From: a marine bacterium B5-7 | GTDB taxonomy: Bacteria > Pseudomonadota > Gammaproteobacteria > Arenicellales > CAJQKF01 | Length of the DNA stretch: 64,000 nucleotides | NCBI GenBank assembly: GCA_021604525.1 | Contig: BQJD01000003.1 | Coordinates: 12,242 to 76,241 of the forward strand | Direction of reading: 5' to 3' | Part shown: positions 21,742 through 30,479 of the stretch, one piece after another | Position numbering within the stretch: position 1 is the stretch's first letter | How the letters are laid out: the number at the start of each line of letters is the position of its first letter | Notes under the pieces: model-generated | What the model was told of the DNA's origin: nothing | Databases searched by the model: none | What the model saw: only the letters and a program-made list of their open reading frames with translations | Program-made: the position numbers and the translations under genes

Positions 21742-23004
21742 ATGATATCTACAACAGCTAAAGGTCCTTTAGAAGGAATCCGCATTCTCGATTTATCTCG
21801 CATCCTGGCTGGGCCAACCTGCACGCAGGTTCTCGGCGACATGGGTGCGGACGTTATCAAGATAGAAAAGGCGGGTGCCGGTGACGATACGCGCAAATGG
21901 GGCCCGCCTTTCGTCAAGGATGCCAACGGGAACGATACCACCGAGAGTGCGTATTACCTCTGCGCCAACCGTAACAAACGTTCCGTGGAAATCGATATTT
22001 CACTCACAGAAGGTCAGGAACTGATTCGCAAACTGGCTGGCGAATGCGATGTATTTATTGAAAACTTCAAGGTGGGTGGGCTTCGCAAATATGGCCTGTC
22101 CCATGATGATCTCAAGGAATCCCGGCCATCTCTCATTTATTGTTCGATCAGTGGATTTGGGCAGGATGGGCCTTATGCCGCACATCCGGGATACGATTTC
22201 ATGATCCAGGCAATGGGTGGGATCATGAGTATTACCGGGCAACCCGATGGCGATCCGACCAAAGTCGGCGTGGGTATTGCCGATGTAATGTGTGGAATGT
22301 ATGCAGCGGTATCAATCCTTGCTGCACTGCATCATCGCGACAAAACCGGTCAGGGACAGTACATCGATCTGGCGCTTCTGGACTGCCAGGCGTCCTGGCT
22401 AATCAATTCCGGACTGAATTACCTGACTTCCGGCAAGACGCCGACGCGCATGGGCAATAGTCACCCCAATATCGTTCCCTATGAAGTATTCCCGGCAAGT
22501 GATGGATATTTCGCGCTCGCAGTGGGTAACGATACGCAGTTTGCCCGGTTCTGTGATGTTGCAGGTGCCCCCGAACTCGCTGTCGATCCGCATTATGTGA
22601 CCAACTCTCTGCGTGTTGAACACCGTGAAGAACTTGTACCGAAATTACGGCGTATTACGGTCGAGCGGCACGTTGACGATTGGCTGAATGCACTGCAACT
22701 TGCCAAAGTGCCGTGTGGCCCGGTCAACGATATCAGACAGGTATTCGAGGACCCGCAGATCAAGCATCGCAACATGCAAATCAGTATGGCGCACCCGCTG
22801 TCTGGCAGTGGATCAGTTGATTTGATCGGTAGTCCCATTCGTTTCGGGAAAACTCCGGTCACATATCGCCATGCACCGCCGGTCATGGGTCAACATACGG
22901 ACGAGGTTCTTGAAGAGCTATTGAATCTTGATGCGAACGTTCGAAAGTCGTTGCGTGCACGCGGTGTAACCGGTAAACAATCACCAGGCGATGGGGATCA
23001 ATAA
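21742..23004 (+). CDS. class III (CaiB/BaiF) CoA-transferase, likely 3-sulfinopropionate-activating by context
   Basis: ILDLSRILAGP, GADVIKIE, GDDTRKWGPP, NRNKRS, ENFKVG, GYDFMIQAMGG, catalytic Asp in GIADVMCG. Confidence 0.9.
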   Translation: MISTTAKGPLEGIRILDLSRILAGPTCTQVLGDMGADVIKIEKAGAGDDTRKWGPPFVKDANGNDTTESAYYLCANRNKRSVEIDISLTEGQELIRKLAGECDVFIENFKVGGLRKYGLSHDDLKESRPSLIYCSISGFGQDGPYAAHPGYDFMIQAMGGIMSITGQPDGDPTKVGVGIADVMCGMYAAVSILAALHHRDKTGQGQYIDLALLDCQASWLINSGLNYLTSGKTPTRMGNSHPNIVPYEVFPASDGYFALAVGNDTQFARFCDVAGAPELAVDPHYVTNSLRVEHREELVPKLRRITVERHVDDWLNALQLAKVPCGPVNDIRQVFEDPQIKHRNMQISMAHPLSGSGSVDLIGSPIRFGKTPVTYRHAPPVMGQHTDEVLEELLNLDANVRKSLRARGVTGKQSPGDGDQ

Positions 23005-23005
23005 G

Positions 23006-24208
23006 ATGTTCTCGTTACCCCAGGAGCAACTTGAACTACAACAACGCGCACGCGATCTGGCAGTACGGGTTATCGCCCCTCGCGCGGCCGATATCGATAT
23101 CTCTCAGGAATATCCATGGGATAACGTCAAGGCGTTGACCGATGCCGGTTTCATGGGGATGACCATTGCCGAGAACCATGGCGGACCGGGTCTGTCCTTT
23201 CTTGATGCCGTGGTCGTGATCGAAGAAATGGCCAGGGTATGTGCTGTCACGGCGCGAATTGTCGTTGAAGGCAACATGGGCGCTATCAGCGCAATCATGA
23301 AGTATGGTAGCGATAAGCAAAAACGCATGGCTGCCGAACGCGTTCTGACGGGGGATAAGCCGGCTATATGTATCACTGAACCGGAAGCGGGAAGCGCCGC
23401 TTCGCATATGACAACACGGGCAGATAAAAAAGGCGATCGCTATGTGTTGAATGGTTTTAAACACTGGATTACCGGCGGCGGAGTATCTGATCTTCACCTG
23501 GTTTTTGCGCGCGTATTTGATGACGGTAAGGAACTTGGTATCGGCGGGTTTATAGCGTTTCGTGAAGAGGATAAAGGACTGATAGTCGGTCGTCGCGAGC
23601 CTACCATGGGGTTACGAGGCATTCCCGAGACCGAGATTATTATCGAAAATCTCGAACTTTCCAGCGATCGCTTGATCCAACCGCCTGAAGGTCTTGCGCG
23701 TGGATTTGCCGGGTTAATGAATGCATATAATGCCCAACGCGTTGGTGCCGCTACCGCAGCCATAGGTATCGCACAAGGCGCCTATGAAAAGGCGCTTGAG
23801 TACAGTCAATTGCGCAATCAGTTTGGCAGACCAATCAGTGAATTTCAGGGTTTGCAATGGATGATGGTCGATATGAGCATTCAGCTGGCTGCGGCACGTG
23901 GTTTAATTTATCAGGCAGCATCTAGTGGCTCGAAATTCCCTGATGCCACACTGGCAGCACAGGCAAAAATTCTTGCCTCTGAATCGGCAATCAAGATAAC
24001 CAACGATGCGTTGCAGATATTCGGCGCAGCCGGTTATTCAAGGAACCTGCCCATGGAACGAATGGTGCGCGATGCGCGTATGTTTACTATTGGTGGTGGC
24101 ACTGTGCAAATTTTACGTACCATGGTCGCAGGACAATTACTGGGCCGGAAACTACCGCAAACAAGAGACGGCTATGTTGACCCGGTCAAAGTAGAAACGG
24201 CAATATGA
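23006..24208 (+). CDS. acdA: 3-sulfinopropionyl-CoA desulfinase-like acyl-CoA dehydrogenase-fold protein (alternative start 22991)
   Basis: closely recalls Advenella/Variovorax Acd: YPWDNV..L.DAGFMGM, GDKPAICI.EP.AGSAAS, WITGGGVS.LHL.FARVFDDG, AYNAQRVGA, RDARMFTI.GGT.QILRT, KLPQTRDGY; Arg (TARI), Cys (AICI) and Gln (NAQR) at the desulfinase active-site positions as recalled. Confidence 0.82.
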   Translation: MFSLPQEQLELQQRARDLAVRVIAPRAADIDISQEYPWDNVKALTDAGFMGMTIAENHGGPGLSFLDAVVVIEEMARVCAVTARIVVEGNMGAISAIMKYGSDKQKRMAAERVLTGDKPAICITEPEAGSAASHMTTRADKKGDRYVLNGFKHWITGGGVSDLHLVFARVFDDGKELGIGGFIAFREEDKGLIVGRREPTMGLRGIPETEIIIENLELSSDRLIQPPEGLARGFAGLMNAYNAQRVGAATAAIGIAQGAYEKALEYSQLRNQFGRPISEFQGLQWMMVDMSIQLAAARGLIYQAASSGSKFPDATLAAQAKILASESAIKITNDALQIFGAAGYSRNLPMERMVRDARMFTIGGGTVQILRTMVAGQLLGRKLPQTRDGYVDPVKVETAI

Positions 24209-25845
24209 TTGCTGCTGAAGTAATTGCACGACGCCTTGCTCTGGCTGGCGTTAAAGAAGCCTACGGGATACCTGGAGGCGAAGTACTGACATTCGTAAAC
24301 AGCCTTGCCGATGCCGGGATTCGGTTTGTCCTGTGCAAACATGAAAATGCCGGTGGCTTCATGGCCGAGGGTGCCTACCATGCGAGTGGTGCACCCGGTG
24401 TGCTGGTTGCAACACTCGGCCCTGGCGTTGCCAATGCGGTTAACGTTATGGCGAATGCCTTGCAGGATCGGGTGCCGATGCTGTTGATTACGGGTTGTGT
24501 CGATTCATCTGAAGCTGCGACTTACACCCATCAGGTTTTCGATCATGGTGCGTTATTGTCCTGTGTCACCAAAGCGACGATGACCATTGCTGACGGTGCA
24601 GTGGACGTCATGATCGATAAGGCACTGGCCATAGCCATGCAGGATCCTCCAGGGCCTGTACATCTTGATCTGCCGATATCGGTCGCTCACAAGGAACAAA
24701 AGGACCCTGCATATCAAATTGAAAAGGCCATGCCACTGCGTGGCACGCCGCGTGTTGGCGAGTCGCTTGAGACAGCCTCTAAATGGCTGGCCGAGGCTCG
24801 TCGGCCGATAATCATAGCCGGGCTCGAGGTGTTGTATCAGGGTGCGGAGGAAGCTGTTTCTGCGTTTGTTAAGACTAATTCCGTACCACTTATTACCACG
24901 TATAAAGCCAAGGGAATTCTCGACGAGGAACATCCTTTGAGTCTGGGTGCAGCCGGTCTGTCTCCTAAAGCTGATGATCTTCTTCTACCTCTGGTAAGCG
25001 AAAGCGACTGTATTATCCTCGCCGGCTACGATCCAATCGAAATGCGCAGTGGCTGGAAAAATCCATGGCCGGAAGATGCCCGTGTCATCGAGTTCTCAGC
25101 AGTTCCAAACGTCCATTACATGCATCATTCGCGATTTGAATTTATTGGCGATATCGGTGCTGGCCTTGAAGCATTAACGAAGTGCGTTACCGATCTGGAT
25201 ATCGTTGTCACTGATAATTCGCGGCCCAGTCCAAAGGTTGATGACGCCGTAGTATTAATACAAAAGAAACTGGCCTCATACTTTGGCGCCGGCCTTGACG
25301 ATTGGGGACCGCGCGCCGTGATAGACGTCGCCCGATCCGTACTTCCGCGAAACACCGTTGCAACGGTTGATTCAGGCGCTCATCGGATACTGCTGAGCCA
25401 GATGTGGACATGTTACACACCACGGACATTATTGCAGTCGACCGGGTTATGCACCATGGGCTGTGCCTTGCCGATGGCAACAGGCTACAAACGCCTGAAT
25501 CCACAGACACCTGTTGCGGCTTTCATGGGTGACGGCTGTCTTGAAATGGTGTTGGGTGAGCTTGCCACATTGCGGGACAGCGGTTTGCCCGTGACGGTGA
25601 TCGTGTTTGTCGACGAATCCCTCGCACTCATCGAATTGAAACAGCGCAAACTTAACTATCAAAATGTTGGTGTGGATTTTACCGGCACCGATCTTGCTGC
25701 AGTCGCTGAAGCGATGGGTGGCCGAGGTGTGACTGTCGATACTCGCGACTCGCTTGTCTCGGCCATTAATGAATCTCTTGATGCCACGACCTTCACTCTG
25801 ATCGCTTGTATCATCAGCCGCAAAGCCTACGATGGTCTGTTCTGA
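24205..25845 (+). CDS. thiamine diphosphate-dependent enzyme (acetolactate synthase-like fold), function unknown
   Basis: GIPGGEV, catalytic HE (KHENAGGFMAEG), LGPGVAN, GDG motif; ATGA overlap with acd. Confidence 0.88.
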   Translation: MIAAEVIARRLALAGVKEAYGIPGGEVLTFVNSLADAGIRFVLCKHENAGGFMAEGAYHASGAPGVLVATLGPGVANAVNVMANALQDRVPMLLITGCVDSSEAATYTHQVFDHGALLSCVTKATMTIADGAVDVMIDKALAIAMQDPPGPVHLDLPISVAHKEQKDPAYQIEKAMPLRGTPRVGESLETASKWLAEARRPIIIAGLEVLYQGAEEAVSAFVKTNSVPLITTYKAKGILDEEHPLSLGAAGLSPKADDLLLPLVSESDCIILAGYDPIEMRSGWKNPWPEDARVIEFSAVPNVHYMHHSRFEFIGDIGAGLEALTKCVTDLDIVVTDNSRPSPKVDDAVVLIQKKLASYFGAGLDDWGPRAVIDVARSVLPRNTVATVDSGAHRILLSQMWTCYTPRTLLQSTGLCTMGCALPMATGYKRLNPQTPVAAFMGDGCLEMVLGELATLRDSGLPVTVIVFVDESLALIELKQRKLNYQNVGVDFTGTDLAAVAEAMGGRGVTVDTRDSLVSAINESLDATTFTLIACIISRKAYDGLF

Positions 25846-25997
25846 ATGTGGTTTTAATCTTACCAGTCTTCAAGTTGGTAAAGTGACTGTAAGGTGTTGG
25901 CAAATCAGTCTTGCGCATCTATGATCTGGGGCAGGGCGCGTTTACAACAATGTGCCTCATATAAATCGCGTAATCGTCGACTGGACACACGCCGCCC

Positions 25998-27014
25998 ATG
26001 AACAGTGTTTCACCTTTTGGTCGGGCTGAGGGCAACGCCCTCTGCAACGTTGGCTTTTTTCTCATCGAATCTTTTTCGATGATGGCGTTTGTCTCGGCGC
26101 TTGAGCCTCTTCGCATCGCCAACCGTATGTCCGGGCAATCACTTTACGACTGGCAGGTTATCAGCGAAGATGGCCGACCGGTGATGCCAACCAATGGCGT
26201 CACCGAAGTGCCGGCGATGTATTCCATTGATAATGCACCGGATTTTGAAGTGTTATTTGTTTGCGGTGCATTTGATCCTCTCGACTATCGCTCCCCCCGT
26301 GTATTCAGTTGGCTGAATCACCTCGCAAGAAACAATACCTGTTTAGGCGGGGTCGATACCGGTAGCCACGTACTTGCACGAGCCGGCTTGCTGAAAGATA
26401 AACGCTGCACCATTCACTGGGAAAACATGCAGGGCTTCGTGAGTGAATTTGCAGATCTCAAGGCGTCCCACGAAATTTATGAGTACGACAGTTATCGATT
26501 GACCTGCGCCGGTGGCACTGCGGCAATGGACATGATGCTTTACTTCATTGAACAGCAGCAGGGTCTTGAACTTGCTGCATCGGTATCGGATGTTCTTATC
26601 CATCCCAATATTCGTCATGGTCACCATCCACAGCGAATGAGCGTTGAAGCACGAACCGGTGTTCGCCATGCGGGTTTATTGGAATGCATCGAGTTAATGG
26701 AGGCTAATCTTGAGCAACCATTAACACCTAGTGAGTTATCGACGATGATCAACGTATCGAAACGACAACTTGAACGACTGTTTCGGCGTTACCTTCACTC
26801 TACTCCGGCCAGATACTATCTGTCGTTGCGTCTCAATGAAGCAAAACGACTCCTTGAACAATCCTCCATGCCGATAATTGATGTCGCTATTTCCTGCGGA
26901 TTCAATTCTGCCGGCCATTTCTCTTACCGATATCGTTCCTATTTCGGAGTGAGTCCACGGACAGCGCGTTCACGTGCCACGCGAGGAACATCGGAAATTG
27001 CTGCGGCAGTTTGA
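25998..27014 (+). CDS. GlxA-family (GATase-like + AraC) regulator, GbdR/CdhR-like
   Basis: FSMMAFVSALEPLRIANR, GGVDTGS..LARAGLL, CTIHWEN, TCAGGTAAMD, RQLERLF, GFNSAGHFS. Confidence 0.93.
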   Translation: MNSVSPFGRAEGNALCNVGFFLIESFSMMAFVSALEPLRIANRMSGQSLYDWQVISEDGRPVMPTNGVTEVPAMYSIDNAPDFEVLFVCGAFDPLDYRSPRVFSWLNHLARNNTCLGGVDTGSHVLARAGLLKDKRCTIHWENMQGFVSEFADLKASHEIYEYDSYRLTCAGGTAAMDMMLYFIEQQQGLELAASVSDVLIHPNIRHGHHPQRMSVEARTGVRHAGLLECIELMEANLEQPLTPSELSTMINVSKRQLERLFRRYLHSTPARYYLSLRLNEAKRLLEQSSMPIIDVAISCGFNSAGHFSYRYRSYFGVSPRTARSRATRGTSEIAAAV

Positions 27015-27060
27015 AGGCAACGGTTTCTACCTGTCTTAGGTGATACATCGGCGCTGTTCT

Positions 27061-27087
27061 TGACGCGTATTTGCTAATTCGTGTCGC
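27061..27087 (+). promoter_or_regulatory. candidate GlxA-family regulator box A
   Basis: TGACGC-N15-TGTCGC, 21-bp period, 73 bp upstream of mttB1; 18/27 identical to 48789-48815. Confidence 0.55.
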
Positions 27088-27159
27088 CAATACGCCACGT
27101 CTTAATGGGGCAGCGGGCAAACTTTGATCTTTCAATGTACGTAATCGTGGGGTACCCGC

Positions 27160-28764
27160 ATGGGACATGAAAGTTCGAGTACTGTGAAGAAACGACCAGG
27201 TGGTCGTAGTGCCAGGCATGAATTGCGCAGTCGACAACTGCCGCAGGATGAACAGCCTGTGCGGCCGGGGTTGCCTGGCGGTGGACGCTATCACCCACTG
27301 ACCGATACAGATGTTGTCCGAATTCACAATGCCGCTCTTGATGCTTTGGAAAATATCGGCATGGCCAATTCCATTCCCTCATGCATTGACTTACTCACTG
27401 GCGCAGGCGCACGCCTTGCTGATAATGGTCGCATCCTGTTTCCCCGTTCATTGGTGGAAGATGTTATTGCCAATTCTGCGCATGAGATCACCCTGTATGC
27501 ACGAAACCCGGAACAACATGTTCATGCAGGTGATAACCGTGTGTACTTTGGTACGGCCGGCGCTGCAGTACATATGGTGGATGCGGTTAGTGGGATGTAT
27601 CGGGAATCAACACTGAAAGATTTATATGATGCGGGTCGCATCGTCGATCGCCTCGACAATATTCATTTCTTCCAACGGTGCATGGTCGCGCGTGATGTCC
27701 CGGATCCGCGAGAGATGGATCTTAACACCTGCTATGCCTCGATCAGCGCGACAAGCAAGCACGTCGGTACGTCGTTTGTCGATCCGGAACATGCTGAAGA
27801 AGCGCTCAGGATGTTGCATCTCCTGGCGGGGAGCGAAGCACAGTGGCGGGCACAACCCTTTGTCAGTTGTTCCTGCTGTTTTGTAGTACCACCGTATCGC
27901 TGGGCAGAGGACGCCTGTCGGGTACTCGAGACAGTCGTTCGTGGGGGGATGCCGATCCTGCTATTGGCTGCAGGGCAGGCAGGTGCAACCAGTCCGGCGT
28001 CATTGGCCGGGGCGGTGGTTCAGGAAGTCGCTGAAGTTTTGGCAGGACTCGTATATGTTCACGCAATCAAACCGGGTCATCCTGCAATATTCGGGACCTG
28101 GCCGTTTATATCCGACCTTAGAACGGGCGCCATGAGTGGCGGAAGCGGCGAACAGGCGGTGCTAATGGCGGCCTGTGGTCAAATGGGTCGTTTTTATAAC
28201 CTGCCGACCGGAATTGCTGCCGGCATGGCGGATTCAAAGGTGCCTGATACGCAGTCGGGATTTGAGAAAGGCTATACCGATGTACTGGCGGCTCACAGCG
28301 GGGCAAACCTGATTTATGAATCGGCTGGAATGCAGGCGAGTTTACTCGGCATGTGTCACGAATCGTTGGTTATCGATAACGACATGCTGGGAGCAATCAA
28401 TCGAACCGTGCGTGGCATTGAAGTCGATGACGAGTCGTTATCGCTTGAGAGTATGCGCAATGTCTGTCTGGAGGGGCCAGAGCATTATCTCGGGCATCCG
28501 CAAACGCTGTCATTGATGCAGAAAGATTACATCTACCCCGATGTCAGTGATCGGCTCAGCCCAAATGAATGGGCGGAGCAGGGCAGACTGACGATTGTGG
28601 ATCGTGCCCGGATACGTGTGAGTGAAATACTGGATAACCACTTTCCGGCGCATATCGACCCTGCGGTGGACCGAAAGATACGTGAGAATTTCCCGATAAA
28701 ATTGCCCGTTGAATCCATGCGACCCGCATCTGATACGATCGCCTCATCTGTCATTGAAAAATGA
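27160..28764 (+). CDS. MttB-family (non-pyrrolysine) methyltransferase, paralog 1
   Basis: RVYFGTAGAA, AGQAGATSPASLAGAVVQ, KPGHPAIFG, DLRTGA, DSKVPDTQSGFEK, GANLIYESAG; no in-frame TAG. Confidence 0.9.
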   Translation: MGHESSSTVKKRPGGRSARHELRSRQLPQDEQPVRPGLPGGGRYHPLTDTDVVRIHNAALDALENIGMANSIPSCIDLLTGAGARLADNGRILFPRSLVEDVIANSAHEITLYARNPEQHVHAGDNRVYFGTAGAAVHMVDAVSGMYRESTLKDLYDAGRIVDRLDNIHFFQRCMVARDVPDPREMDLNTCYASISATSKHVGTSFVDPEHAEEALRMLHLLAGSEAQWRAQPFVSCSCCFVVPPYRWAEDACRVLETVVRGGMPILLLAAGQAGATSPASLAGAVVQEVAEVLAGLVYVHAIKPGHPAIFGTWPFISDLRTGAMSGGSGEQAVLMAACGQMGRFYNLPTGIAAGMADSKVPDTQSGFEKGYTDVLAAHSGANLIYESAGMQASLLGMCHESLVIDNDMLGAINRTVRGIEVDDESLSLESMRNVCLEGPEHYLGHPQTLSLMQKDYIYPDVSDRLSPNEWAEQGRLTIVDRARIRVSEILDNHFPAHIDPAVDRKIRENFPIKLPVESMRPASDTIASSVIEK

Positions 28765-28785
28765 CTTGAACCTATTTAAAAATGG

Positions 28786-29742
28786 CTACTGACTCTCGTC
28801 CAGGCCGATAAATGTGCGCATGGCGGGTAACGCTGATGCGCCATCGCGCGTGGTAACTCCTTTGAGCCATGACTCGAGAATCTTCGGCTGCTGCCTCATC
28901 CAGGCAATGGCTGCAACCAATGGCTGCGCCTTGAGATCGAGGATGGCAGTCATGACTTCGTTAATCATCGGCAGGCTGAACTCAAGGTTGCCGAATAACA
29001 GGGCAAGATTCGGGCAGTTTTGTGCGAAGTTCGATCCGAGTCCGGTATAGGCATCGGCTCCACCAAACGAAGGTCCGAACACGTCATCTCCTCCGTCGAG
29101 ATAATAGATGTCGAATCGGACATTCATGGGATGTGGTTCGAAGGCCAGGAACACCATGGGTTTACCCGTCTGATTAGCTTCGGCAATTCTTTGCACAAGA
29201 TCGGCTTCGGATGATTCGACGAGTTTGAACTGCGCGAGGTGAAATTTGTTTTCGTCGATCATTTTTTGAATGAGAAAATTTCCGTCAGAACCCGGCTCGA
29301 CTCCATAAATCCTGTACGATAACGCCTCTTGCTGTTGGCTGATGTTGCTAAAGTTTTCTATGCCAAGGGTATGGCCATGACTGTTAACAGCCAGGGTGTA
29401 TTTCGTACCATGCAGATTTTGACGGACCAATTCCAGCGAGTTGTCAATAATATAAGGTCGTAGCGATGCACCCATGGTCGGTACCAGGATGTCCAGGGAT
29501 ATATCCAGATCCTGGTTTTTAATGCTTGCAAAAATGGTTGGAGGTGAAAGTACCTGGTGACTCGTCTCATAACCGAGTCCGCGTAGAAGAGCGGTTGCGA
29601 TTGCCAGTGATGCACCGGCATCCAGCCAGCCGACAGTGCCGAACCGTACCCTCTCGCAGCGATCTGTATCCTGGGCATGGACCGGCAATATCGTAATCAT
29701 CAGTACGTATGCCAGTAGTACTATCGAAGCAAATGCTTTCAT
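28786..29742 (-). CDS. quaternary amine ABC substrate-binding protein, ChoX-like
   Basis: signal peptide; VGWLD, KYTLAV, YGVEPGSDGN, EPHPMN, YLDGGDDVFGP. Confidence 0.88.
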   Translation of the reverse strand: MKAFASIVLLAYVLMITILPVHAQDTDRCERVRFGTVGWLDAGASLAIATALLRGLGYETSHQVLSPPTIFASIKNQDLDISLDILVPTMGASLRPYIIDNSLELVRQNLHGTKYTLAVNSHGHTLGIENFSNISQQQEALSYRIYGVEPGSDGNFLIQKMIDENKFHLAQFKLVESSEADLVQRIAEANQTGKPMVFLAFEPHPMNVRFDIYYLDGGDDVFGPSFGGADAYTGLGSNFAQNCPNLALLFGNLEFSLPMINEVMTAILDLKAQPLVAAIAWMRQQPKILESWLKGVTTRDGASALPAMRTFIGLDESQ

Positions 29743-29771
29743 TTGTCAGAGTACGATGTGGTTCACGCCAG

Positions 29772-30479
29772 TTACAGAAAATCGCGAAGTCGAGTTGCAT
29801 CGCTGATGATACAGTCTGCCAGCGGCTCAAGTTCTTCGATGCCGTGGGCACCGCTCAACACGCCGACCACAAGGCCGGCACCGCCCACGCGTCCCATGGC
29901 AAGATCGTGAGGACTATCGCCGATAACAACAACATCTTCAGGATTAATCATCCCGTGGCGGCAAAATGCATCGAGCATACCTGTCGATGGTTTGGCTCCA
30001 AATCCACTGTCGGCGCCAGCAATAAAGGTTGTATGCTGATTGATATCCAGTAACTCGGCGGTGGCACGCGCGGTTCGTTCCGCATCATTCGTGGCGATAC
30101 CAAGGAGATAACCTTGCGAGCTTAAGTAATTGAATAAGCTATTTATACCGTCGAACGGTACGGGCGATGCACCGGCATGATCGTGAAACAGGTTCAATAC
30201 CAGATTATCAAAATCCACGCGATCCATAACCGGTGCGATTGCATACCAGAGATCAAGAATTTCATCGTTACCTGCCGCCGCCAACACAGCATCGGTTTGC
30301 CATGACTGGTTGGACTCGTTCCAGCCGCCCTGGTGCATCAGGGTCAAGGCGATATCAGGATCGTTTGCCAGTTCGGCTATTTTTTTGGCCGCCGCATGAT
30401 AGGCTGGTAGCCAGGTCGCATTAAAATCGATCAAGGTGCCATCCTTGTCGAACAAGACGCCACCGAGTCTCATGGTCAC
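29772..30479 (-). CDS. HAD-family hydrolase/phosphatase
   Basis: LFDKDGTLID, IATND, KP..GM, IGDS..D; GTGA overlap with the upstream gene. Confidence 0.9.
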   Translation of the reverse strand: MTMRLGGVLFDKDGTLIDFNATWLPAYHAAAKKIAELANDPDIALTLMHQGGWNESNQSWQTDAVLAAAGNDEILDLWYAIAPVMDRVDFDNLVLNLFHDHAGASPVPFDGINSLFNYLSSQGYLLGIATNDAERTARATAELLDINQHTTFIAGADSGFGAKPSTGMLDAFCRHGMINPEDVVVIGDSPHDLAMGRVGGAGLVVGVLSGAHGIEELEPLADCIISDATRLRDFL

